A DNA stretch of 64,000 nt from an uncultured Verrucomicrobiae bacterium (GTDB taxonomy: Bacteria; Verrucomicrobiota; Verrucomicrobiia; Chthoniobacterales; Terrimicrobiaceae), in contig CAVPOC010000003.1 of NCBI GenBank assembly GCA_963706955.1, forward strand, positions 576,001-640,000, given 5' to 3'. Within the stretch, counting starts at the first letter, position 1; each line of letters begins with the position of its first letter. The notes under the pieces are model-generated. The model worked only from the letters and a program-made list of their open reading frames with translations, ran no database searches and was not told the DNA's origin. A program made the position numbers and the translations under genes. Below, piece by piece: positions 19,507 to 27,882 of this stretch.

Positions 19507-21005
19507 AAGCTGGTATTTGCTATCTCGTCGGGGCGGGGCCGGGCGACCCTGGACTCTTCACCATCAAAGGTCGTGCCTGCCTCGAGCGTGCCGAAGTGGT
19601 CGTCTACGATTACCTGTGCAATCCGCTCCTGCTGAAATGGGCACCGGAGTCCGCGGAGAAAATCTATGTCGGAAAGAAGGCCGGAGCGCATACCCTGTCT
19701 CAGGAAGAAATCAACGCTTTGCTCGTCGAGAAGGCGCGCGCTGGCAAGGTTGTTGTCCGCTTGAAGGGTGGGGATCCTTTTCTCTTCGGACGAGGCGGAG
19801 AGGAGGCAGAAGCCTTGGCCGATGCCGGATGCCTCTTCGAGGTCGTTCCAGGCGTAACCTCCGCGATCGCCGGTCCGGCCTACGCGGGCATTCCGGTCAC
19901 TCATCGCGCACATAACGCCACATTGACAATCTTCACTGGACACGAAGAACCAGGCAAACCCAACTCCGCCCTGGATTACGAGGCGATCGCCCGCGCTCCA
20001 GGAACAAAGGTCATGTTGATGGGCGTGGATCGGATTGACGCAATCGCCAGTGAACTTCTGGCCGCAGGCATGCCTGGCCAGACTCCCGTCGCCCTCGTTC
20101 GCTGGGCCACCACCGGCGCACAGCAGACTCTCGCGGGCACGCTTGAAACGATCCCCGGACTTGTCCGCGAGGCCGGCCTCAAGCCACCGGCAGTTGTGGT
20201 CTTTGGGGACGTGGTGACGCTTCGCAAAAAGCTAAACTGGTTTGAAAAGCTCCCCCTCTTCGGGAAGAGAATCGCCGTCACGCGAACACGCCAGCAAGCG
20301 GGTGAATTCGTCGAACGTTTGCGCGCACTGGGGGCCGACGCGTTCGAGATGCCGACCATCCGCATCGAACCCCCTCTCGACAAAAAGGAATTCTACGAAC
20401 TCGTCGCCGACTCTCACGTCTACGATTGGATTGTTTTTACGAGCCCAAATGGCGCCGACGCGTTTTTTACCGCCTTTTTCGAAATCTACCGTGATGCCCG
20501 CGATCTGGGGGCCGCCCGCATCGCTGCAATCGGCCCCGCTACGGCCGAGCGAGTGAGAAGCTACCATCTGCAAGTTGACGTCCAGCCCGAAAAATACGTC
20601 GCCGAAGAAATCATTCAGGCACTCCAGAAGGAGACGAGCCTGGAAAATTTGAAAATCCTTCTCGCTCGCGCCGAGGGCGCTCGCGAAGCTCTCGCGGTCG
20701 AGCTCGTCCGCCTCGGCGCCATCGTTGACGAGGCGGTTGCCTACCGCACCGTGCCCGAGACCAATGATATCTCAGGAGGAATTCGCCGCTTCCGCGAAGA
20801 AGAAGTTGATATGATCACGTTCACCAGTTCGTCCACGGTCGAGAACTTTCTAGCGCTCAACTTACCGCTTCCCGAGAAGACGAAAACGGCCAGCATCGGA
20901 CCAATCACCTCAAAAACGATGCGCGGCCATGGCCTGCAGGTGAATGTCGAAGCCAAACGCCACGACATTCCCGGACTGGTCGAGGCGATCAGAAAATACT
21001 GGTAA
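19503..21005 (+). CDS. cobA: Uroporphyrinogen-III C-methyltransferase / uroporphyrinogen-III synthase fusion
   Basis: LVGAGPGDPGL, RLKGGDPFLFGRGGEE; C-terminal HemD (LPLFGKRIAVTR, FTSPNG, AIGPAT, FTSSSTV). Confidence 0.93.
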   Translation: MKAGICYLVGAGPGDPGLFTIKGRACLERAEVVVYDYLCNPLLLKWAPESAEKIYVGKKAGAHTLSQEEINALLVEKARAGKVVVRLKGGDPFLFGRGGEEAEALADAGCLFEVVPGVTSAIAGPAYAGIPVTHRAHNATLTIFTGHEEPGKPNSALDYEAIARAPGTKVMLMGVDRIDAIASELLAAGMPGQTPVALVRWATTGAQQTLAGTLETIPGLVREAGLKPPAVVVFGDVVTLRKKLNWFEKLPLFGKRIAVTRTRQQAGEFVERLRALGADAFEMPTIRIEPPLDKKEFYELVADSHVYDWIVFTSPNGADAFFTAFFEIYRDARDLGAARIAAIGPATAERVRSYHLQVDVQPEKYVAEEIIQALQKETSLENLKILLARAEGAREALAVELVRLGAIVDEAVAYRTVPETNDISGGIRRFREEEVDMITFTSSSTVENFLALNLPLPEKTKTASIGPITSKTMRGHGLQVNVEAKRHDIPGLVEAIRKYW

Positions 21006-21017
21006 GGCTCGAAGAAT

Positions 21018-21116
21018 TGTAGCGGCGGCGTCCCCGCCGCCGAAAAGCCCCCGACCGTGAGGACACGGTCGCTATAGAATGCGCGAGCCCTCGACCAGGG
21101 GGCCATGATCGCTACA
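21018..21116. repeat. REPIN/BIME-like cluster of GTAG palindromes (family 1) between convergent cobA and rpsG
   Basis: TGTAGCGGCGGCGTCCCCGCCGC + inverted CGACCGTGAGGACACGGTCGCTATA + degenerate CGACCAGGGGGCCATGATCGCTACA. Confidence 0.7.
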
Positions 21117-21138
21117 GTTGGCCACACCGGGCCGATTC

Positions 21139-21612
21139 TTACCAGCGGAAGTGCGCGAAGGCTCGGTTAGCTTGGGCCATCTTGTGCATGTCGTCGCGCT
21201 TCTTGATCGCGCTGCCCTGCCCAGAAGCAGCGTCTCTAAGCTCATAAGCGAGGGCTTTCTCCATCGGAACACCCTTGCGACCCTTGGCGAAATTGACAAT
21301 CCAGCGCATCGCCAGCGCGACTTGCCGATCTGAGGGAACTTCCATGGGCACCTGATAGGTGGCTCCACCGACGCGCCGAGATTTTACTTCGAGACGCGGT
21401 TTGACGTTCTCGATCGCCTTATTCAACGTTTCCAGCGGATCGACCGTGTCGGTGCCCTCGCGAGACTTATCAATCGCAGTATAGACGATCTGCTCGGCAA
21501 TGCTCTTCTTGCCCCGACGCATCACGGTGCTGATCAGGCGAGCAACTACCGGGCTCGCGTAGCGAGCGTCTTTTCTTACCTCTTTATGAATTACTCTGCG
21601 TCGTCGAGACAT
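21139..21612 (-). CDS. rpsG: 30S ribosomal protein S7
   Basis: EVKSRRVGGATYQVP; HKMAQANRAFAHFRW. Confidence 0.98.
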   Translation of the reverse strand: MSRRRRVIHKEVRKDARYASPVVARLISTVMRRGKKSIAEQIVYTAIDKSREGTDTVDPLETLNKAIENVKPRLEVKSRRVGGATYQVPMEVPSDRQVALAMRWIVNFAKGRKGVPMEKALAYELRDAASGQGSAIKKRDDMHKMAQANRAFAHFRW

Positions 21613-21627
21613 CGTGGACCTGTTCTT

Positions 21628-22035
21628 CTATTTCTTCTTAGCGCCCTTGGATTCTTCCTGCCCGGCCTTGGGACGTTTTGCGCCATACTTGGAGCGACCC
21701 CGCCGGCGTCCATCGACTCCGAGACTGTCAAGGGTGCCCCGAACGATATGGTAGCGCACACCGGGCAGGTCTTTGACGCGACCGCCGCGGACAAGAACGA
21801 TCGAGTGCTCCTGAAGGTTGTGCCCTTCTCCGGGAATGTAGGCAATCACCTCCTGGCCGTTGGTCAGGCGCACCTTGGCGACTTTGCGCAACGCGGAATT
21901 CGGCTTCTTTGGCGTGCGCGTCATCACCTGCACGCAGACACCGCGGCGTTGTGGGCACTTCACAAGTGCCGGTGACTTCGACTTGACGGTCACCTTTCGA
22001 CGCCCGGCGCGAACCAGTTGGTTGATTGTAGGCAT
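21628..22035 (-). CDS. rpsL: 30S ribosomal protein S12
   Basis: [34 protein letters not shown]; start at ATG 22035. Confidence 0.98.
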   Translation of the reverse strand: MPTINQLVRAGRRKVTVKSKSPALVKCPQRRGVCVQVMTRTPKKPNSALRKVAKVRLTNGQEVIAYIPGEGHNLQEHSIVLVRGGRVKDLPGVRYHIVRGTLDSLGVDGRRRGRSKYGAKRPKAGQEESKGAKKK

Positions 22036-22170
22036 GTTTGCTATCTCTCTTTTCCAAACCCCGGCACGCTCGGAGGACAAAAAAAGCACGCTAAGGTGCT
22101 TCTCCGGTCCCCCAACCTAATGCGGGAGGGCAAATAGAAGGTAGGCAAGCCGCCGAGGCAAGTGAAAAAT

Positions 22171-23115
22171 CTATAACTCATACCGACCACGAGTGGGGGA
22201 GGTGAGCATCCGTCGCGCCACCTGGAGGACATCCTCGGGCGCAAGATTTCGCAAGCGGCGGACATGATCCTTCGAGGGAGGCGCCTGGACGGCGATGCTG
22301 CCATCCCCTGCATAGTGCCAGTTCCGAGCATTCGTCGGCCCGAACAGGGTGATGCTGTTCACACCAAAAGCGCGCGCAAGGTGCGAGGCGGCACCATCGA
22401 CAGTGAGCACCGCTTGGGCACGCGAGCACAGCCAGAGAAAATTCTTCAACGTTGTGCTGCTGGCGAGGCTCCGCACGAGAGAACCAGACTTTTTCTCAAT
22501 CTCGCGGCAGTGTTCGACCTGCCAGTCCACCGAGGCACTGGTCATGACGAATTCGAGGTCGGTGTCGTTGCGCAAGATTGCCAACATCCGCGCCCAGCAC
22601 TCGGGCAGCCAGCTCTTCTGGCGCCACCCGGAAGTGGGATTTACAAGAATAAAGGCCTTCTCATCGAACCCATCGGGCCTCCAATCGTCGGGCGGCCGGT
22701 CAAGTCGAGGAGGGCGAAACGGCTCCGAGGCAGGCACCGGCGTGCATTCCCAAAAGTATTCCGCCACATAGCGATCTCCCAGTTCAGGGACGATTAGTTC
22801 GCGAAAGAGAGGCCGATGAAACCATCTCATCTCCCGCTCCTCGGGCAGCACGCACTTCTTTATGCTCGAGGGCGCGAGCATCGATCTCAGGGCCGATTTA
22901 TTGAGCGGATCGAAGCAATAGAGGTGCCGGCGATATGCCAAAGGAACTCCGCGACGAAAACGAACTCCCGGCATCAACTGCAACAGAGGTCCGTGCCCCG
23001 TCCGTGTCATGCACTCCACCGGAGCACCATGGTGCTGACACAGCTTAGCCAGAGCAGGTTGTAACAACACAAGATCGCCGAGTTGCTTATGGAAAACGGC
23101 GTAGCACCCGGACAT
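22171..23115 (-). CDS. Glycosyltransferase family 9 (heptosyltransferase-like)
   Basis: KQLGDLVL; VLTVDGAASHLARAFG..ITLFGPT. Confidence 0.85.
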   Translation of the reverse strand: MSGCYAVFHKQLGDLVLLQPALAKLCQHHGAPVECMTRTGHGPLLQLMPGVRFRRGVPLAYRRHLYCFDPLNKSALRSMLAPSSIKKCVLPEEREMRWFHRPLFRELIVPELGDRYVAEYFWECTPVPASEPFRPPRLDRPPDDWRPDGFDEKAFILVNPTSGWRQKSWLPECWARMLAILRNDTDLEFVMTSASVDWQVEHCREIEKKSGSLVRSLASSTTLKNFLWLCSRAQAVLTVDGAASHLARAFGVNSITLFGPTNARNWHYAGDGSIAVQAPPSKDHVRRLRNLAPEDVLQVARRMLTSPTRGRYEL

Positions 23116-23227
23116 AACTTCAGCTTTCTCGAATAGCCTAGTTCTGAGGGATTTCAAGACCCTCAACCTGCCCGCGATTAGGAGCGAGAAAGAAAATCGC
23201 TTTTGCGATGGGAGCGCTTCCGGCAAA

Positions 23228-24337
23228 TTGCCGGCACCACTTGTGCGCCTCTTTATTCTCAAGCCGGATGGGATTGGAGATTTCATTCTCGTGACCGGCG
23301 CTTTGCGACTGCTGGCCTCGGAGCTGGGTGAGGAAAATCTTCTGATCTGTGTTCGATCGGTGCTTGTGCCCCTGGCGAAAACGCAATTTCCGAAGGCGAG
23401 GGTTGTCGAGCTACCGACCGCGGCGGAGCGAAAAAGGATCAATCTGTTCGCTCGCAATCTGTTCTATTGCCTGCCGCTCTGGTTCAAACTAAGGATGACA
23501 CGCGTTGATGCTGCGGTCTGCTTTCGAAGCATGAGGAACTACCTGGAGACGTTCTTGTTTTACTCGGCGAAGACGAAGCGTTTTTTCGGATGCGAAAACA
23601 TTCTCCTGCGATCGGGACGGAAAAAGGTCCGCCTCTACGTCGACACTGCAGTGAGAAGGCTCTTCCATCCGCACTTAATGCCCTATCCCGAAGAAGCTCG
23701 GAATCTTCCCCTGGAAATCGAGGCGCATCGCCGCGTCGTTGCGGAGATCCTGGAGCGTGCGGTGGCACCGGAGGAGGTGATCCCGCGTCTCTGCTCGACG
23801 ACAGAGTCAACCCCAGGTGGCGTTTGGATTTGCGCTCCGATCACGGAAGCCTCCAAGGTATATCCTTTGCCACTCTGGAGGGACGTTTTTGTCGAGCTCA
23901 GGCCTGAACTCGCTGGGAAAAACCTTCTCCTGGTGGGCTCCAATGATCAGCGCGGCGCGCTAGACGAGCTTGGGAGCCTGCTTCGCCGCGCCGGTGTCGA
24001 GAATGCCAAAGTTCACCTCCCGGAAGACCTGGTCGAATTGCTGAATCTCATCGCGGCGGCGGAAATGGTGATGACGGTAGACACGGCAGCGGCTCATTTC
24101 GCCGCCGGACTGGACAGACTCTGCGTCATTCTCTTCTCAGGGCTGCACCAGGGCATGTTCGCACCGTGGCAACGGAGCACCCGGCAGCGCTGGCTATTGC
24201 CCCAACCGCCGGAGGGAAAAACGAAGTTTAAGTGGCATGCAGGAATCCAACCTGCTCGAGTGGCTGCGACTGTGCGCGAGCTCATCGAGTTTCCACCTCA
24301 ACCGCCACGGTCTGCGCACAGTTCTTGCTCTAGCTAG
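23228..24337 (+). CDS. Glycosyltransferase family 9 (heptosyltransferase-like)
   Basis: KPDGIGDFIL; VMTVDTAAAHFAAGL. Confidence 0.85.
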   Translation: MPAPLVRLFILKPDGIGDFILVTGALRLLASELGEENLLICVRSVLVPLAKTQFPKARVVELPTAAERKRINLFARNLFYCLPLWFKLRMTRVDAAVCFRSMRNYLETFLFYSAKTKRFFGCENILLRSGRKKVRLYVDTAVRRLFHPHLMPYPEEARNLPLEIEAHRRVVAEILERAVAPEEVIPRLCSTTESTPGGVWICAPITEASKVYPLPLWRDVFVELRPELAGKNLLLVGSNDQRGALDELGSLLRRAGVENAKVHLPEDLVELLNLIAAAEMVMTVDTAAAHFAAGLDRLCVILFSGLHQGMFAPWQRSTRQRWLLPQPPEGKTKFKWHAGIQPARVAATVRELIEFPPQPPRSAHSSCSS

Positions 24338-24347
24338 GCGCCCAATT

Positions 24348-26462
24348 ATGCCTCAACCGCTCGATCATACTCACACGCACGGGGAGTTCCGCCTCCGTTA
24401 CGGGCATCCTTTGCCATTCGGTGCTAGCCATGTGCCCGGCGGAGTAAACTTCTCGATTTTCTCTGCTAACGCGACCTCGTGCACGCTCGTGCTTTTTGAA
24501 AAAGGAGCTTCCCTCCCGTTTGCGGAGATTCCGTTTCCTCCAGAATACCGACTGGGAAATCTGTGGGCGATGACCGTCTTCGACCTGAACTACGAGCAGA
24601 TTGAATATGGCTATCGTCTCGACGGGCCTCACGACCCGCGACAGGGGCATCACTTCGACAAAGAGAAAATCCTCCTCGACCCGGATGCGATGGAGATCAG
24701 TGGACGAAATGTTTGGAAGCAGACATCCAACGACACCGACATCTTTCCGTTTCGAGGCCGGATCCCGTTTCAACTCTTCGACTGGGGGCACACGCGTCCC
24801 CTCAAGCGCCCAGAGAGCGAGATGGTCATCTATGAGCTGCACTTGCGTGGCTTTACGGCGCACGAGAGTTCCGGAGTCAAACATCCGGGAACATTCGAGG
24901 CTCTGCGCGAGAAGATCGGCTACCTCAAAGATCTTGGCATCAACTGCGTCGAACTCATGCCCATCTTCGAGTTCGATGAGTTGGAAAATCATCGGACAAA
25001 CCCGCTCACCGGCGAACAACTCTGCAACTATTGGGGCTATAGCACCTTGGGGTTTTTCGCGCCCAAAGCCGGTTTCGCAGCGACTGGCAAACACGGGACA
25101 CAAGTGTCCGAATTAAAGCAGCTCATCAAAGCGCTGCACGAAGCCGGAATCGAGATCATGCTCGATGTAGTCTTTAACCATACCGCAGAAGGAGGTGCCG
25201 ACGGGCCGACGATTTCCTTCCGGGGCATCGACAACAAGACCTATTACATGCTCGACAGTCGGGGACAGTACCTCAACTACACGGGGTGCGGAAACACGGT
25301 GAACTGCAACCACCCTGTCGTTCGCGGGTTCGTGCTCTCCTGCCTGCGTTATTGGGCTGCGGAATTTCATATCGATGGCTTTCGCTTCGACCTGGCTTCG
25401 GTGCTCGGCCGCGATTCCCACGGCGCTCCTCTGGCCAACCCGCCGCTGCTTGAATCTCTCGCCTATGATCCCGTGCTCGCGCATTGTGACCTGATCGCCG
25501 AGGCCTGGGACGCAGGCGGGCTCTACCAAGTCGGAAACTTCCCCTCCTATGGCCGTTGGCTGGAATGGAATGGAAAATTCCGCGACGCGGCTCGGCGCTT
25601 CCTCAAGGGAGACGTCGGCGTGGTCGGCGAGATGGTCCAACGCATCATGGGCTCTCCAGACCTCTACCTGGCCGCCGGACGCAAACCGGCCGCTTCGGTA
25701 AACTTCGTGACCTGCCACGACGGATTCACTCTCCGTGATCTCGTCTCCTACAATGAAAAGCAGAATCTCGACAACGGCGAGAACAACAAGGACGGCGCCA
25801 ACGACAACTACAGCTGGAACTCCGGCGTGGAGGGCGAAACAGACGATCCGGCAATCAACGCGCTGCGGATGCGGCAGCAGAAGAACGCCGTCGCATTGCT
25901 TTTTGTAAGTCAGGGCGTCCCGATGATTTACATGGGAGATGAATGTGGCCGTAGTCAGCGCGGCAATAATAATGCCTATTGTCAGGATGAGGACTGGAAC
26001 TGGTTCGATTGGTCGCTCTCCAGTCGTTACGGCGACCTCTTGCGATTCGTGAAGGGAATGATCGCCTTTCGCAAAGCCAATGCCGCACTTCGCCAGCCTG
26101 AGTTCTTGACGGGAAGAGACAGGGTTGGGAGCGGTTATCCGGATATTTCATGGCATGGCGTGCAGCCTTGGAAGCCAGACTGGAGTCTCCCGAGCAGATC
26201 GATCGCGTTCATGCTTTGCGGGCGCCACGGGGCCGCCGTCGGGGGGCCAGCGCACTTTATCTACTGCGCATTTAACATGTACTTCGAACCCCTCGACTTT
26301 ACTCTACCGGTCTTGCCCAAGGGACTGACATGGCATCGGGTTGCGGATACGTCGCTTCCTGCCCCTGCCGACATTGTCGAGCCAGGCGAGGAACTCCCGG
26401 TCATCGCTAAGAAGCCAATCTCTATCGCGGATCGGACGACAGCGATCTTCGTGGGCAAGTAA
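24348..26462 (+). CDS. glgX: Glycogen debranching enzyme (isoamylase, GH13_11)
   Basis: NYWGYST, DVVFNHTAEG, DGFRFDLAS, IAEAWD, NFVTCHDGFTL, GNNNAYCQD. Confidence 0.95.
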   Translation: MPQPLDHTHTHGEFRLRYGHPLPFGASHVPGGVNFSIFSANATSCTLVLFEKGASLPFAEIPFPPEYRLGNLWAMTVFDLNYEQIEYGYRLDGPHDPRQGHHFDKEKILLDPDAMEISGRNVWKQTSNDTDIFPFRGRIPFQLFDWGHTRPLKRPESEMVIYELHLRGFTAHESSGVKHPGTFEALREKIGYLKDLGINCVELMPIFEFDELENHRTNPLTGEQLCNYWGYSTLGFFAPKAGFAATGKHGTQVSELKQLIKALHEAGIEIMLDVVFNHTAEGGADGPTISFRGIDNKTYYMLDSRGQYLNYTGCGNTVNCNHPVVRGFVLSCLRYWAAEFHIDGFRFDLASVLGRDSHGAPLANPPLLESLAYDPVLAHCDLIAEAWDAGGLYQVGNFPSYGRWLEWNGKFRDAARRFLKGDVGVVGEMVQRIMGSPDLYLAAGRKPAASVNFVTCHDGFTLRDLVSYNEKQNLDNGENNKDGANDNYSWNSGVEGETDDPAINALRMRQQKNAVALLFVSQGVPMIYMGDECGRSQRGNNNAYCQDEDWNWFDWSLSSRYGDLLRFVKGMIAFRKANAALRQPEFLTGRDRVGSGYPDISWHGVQPWKPDWSLPSRSIAFMLCGRHGAAVGGPAHFIYCAFNMYFEPLDFTLPVLPKGLTWHRVADTSLPAPADIVEPGEELPVIAKKPISIADRTTAIFVGK

Positions 26463-26614
26463 GAGCTCGATGCCGATAGCGACCAGGGCGACTGAAGCCT
26501 CGCTCAAATGCCCGAGAACATGATCGGGTGAAGCAGGAAAGAACTCTCGGATCAAGAATCCCCTTGCACTAAGCAAGGGATAAGGCTACATATTCGCCCT
26601 TTTTCAACCAAAGA

Positions 26615-27301
26615 ATGGCGAACAATACGCGAAAATCCCCCAAGGCGAAGGTGTTCGGCAACATGGCCAAGAAGGCAAAGGCTGGTCCGAAGGCGGCAAA
26701 GGTAACGACTGTGACGAAAAAGAACTCCGACGCGAAAAAGCAGGCTCACCCGGACGAAAGAAAGCCCGTCGCCGCCGAGAAACCTCCGGTGAAGGCGCAC
26801 AGTGGAGCTCCAATCATCCATAAACGCACGGGGGCGCTCTCGCCCTTCGAGCAAAAGCAAAGGGAAAAGCTTCTCGCGCTGAAAGACACCCTTCTTGATT
26901 CGATGAATGGGGTGGCCAAAGACAGCCTGCGTTCCCGAGCTGAAGGTAGCGAAGCGAGTGCCTTCGGTATGCATCAGGCCGACGCCGGCAGCGACGCCTA
27001 CGACAGGGATTTCGCGCTCAGCCTCCTCTCACAAGAGCAGGACTCGCTCTATGAAATCGACGAGGCGCTCAAGCGCATTGAAATTGGCACCTACGGCATC
27101 TGCGAGATGTCCGGGAAAGTGATTCCGCACGCGCGTCTCGAGGCGCTCCCCTTCACCCGGTATACCGTCGAGTGCCAGGCCGAACTCGAAAAGCGCAACC
27201 GCTTTCAGCGCGTGCGACAGCCGGTGATATCCCTCTTTGGACTTTCGGAAGAGGAGGGGACCGAGGAGGACGAGGAAAGCGGCTCGGACACCAAGGAATA
27301 A
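26615..27301 (+). CDS. TraR/DksA-family transcription factor with degenerate (2-Cys) zinc finger
   Basis: HQADAGSDAYD coiled-coil tip; EIDEALKRIEIGTYGICEMSGKVIPHARLEALPFTRYTVECQ. Confidence 0.85.
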   Translation: MANNTRKSPKAKVFGNMAKKAKAGPKAAKVTTVTKKNSDAKKQAHPDERKPVAAEKPPVKAHSGAPIIHKRTGALSPFEQKQREKLLALKDTLLDSMNGVAKDSLRSRAEGSEASAFGMHQADAGSDAYDRDFALSLLSQEQDSLYEIDEALKRIEIGTYGICEMSGKVIPHARLEALPFTRYTVECQAELEKRNRFQRVRQPVISLFGLSEEEGTEEDEESGSDTKE

Positions 27302-27304
27302 CTC

Positions 27305-27478
27305 ATGCCACAGGAAATCGTCACCCTTGAATGCACCGAGGCCAAGGCCGAGGGTAAGCCGCCCTCTCGCTATATGACCACGCGCAACAAGAAGAGCCCG
27401 CGCACGCCGAATCGTCTGGAGAAGAAAAAATACAATCCGTTCCTGCGGCGGCACACTTTGCACCGGGAGATCAAGTAG
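27305..27478 (+). CDS. rpmG: 50S ribosomal protein L33 (57 aa, below the ORF-track cutoff)
   Basis: Manual translation [57 protein letters not shown]. Confidence 0.95.
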   Translation: MPQEIVTLECTEAKAEGKPPSRYMTTRNKKSPRTPNRLEKKKYNPFLRRHTLHREIK

Positions 27479-27484
27479 GTCGCC

Positions 27485-27724
27485 ATGCAGCCAAAAACAG
27501 CCAAACGCCGCTCCGCTTTCCGACGCGCCAATCGATCGATGCCTCGGCGTCGAACGGATATCGCTGAAGAGGCAATCGACTACAAGAATCCCGAGCTTCT
27601 CAAACGCTTCGTCACTGAAAGCGGCAAGATTGTCCCTCGCCGGGTCACCGGCATGTCAGCCCGCCTGCACCGCAAGATTACACGCGAAATCAAGCGCGCC
27701 CGCGCGGCGTTGCTCATGAAGTAG
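27485..27724 (+). CDS. rpsR: 30S ribosomal protein S18
   Basis: [33 protein letters not shown]. Confidence 0.95.
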   Translation: MQPKTAKRRSAFRRANRSMPRRRTDIAEEAIDYKNPELLKRFVTESGKIVPRRVTGMSARLHRKITREIKRARAALLMK

Positions 27725-27775
27725 CGGGTCGAGAGCCGCTGAAGGTCTCTCGTCGAGTGTCCGCGCTGAACGCGT

Positions 27776-27839
27776 TGTAGGGGCGCTTGCGCAAAACGCC
27801 CAGCCAAATTCACAGGCGGTTGGCACAACCGCCTCTACA
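27776..27839. repeat. Inverted REP doublet (REPIN-like, family 2) between convergent genes; may also act as terminator
   Basis: TGTAGGGGCGCTTGCGCAAAACGCCC ... GGCGGTTGGCACAACCGCCTCTACA. Confidence 0.7.
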
Positions 27840-27882
27840 AATTTTCGCTTTCATCGTCGGCGATCACTGCTTCTGCACCCAG

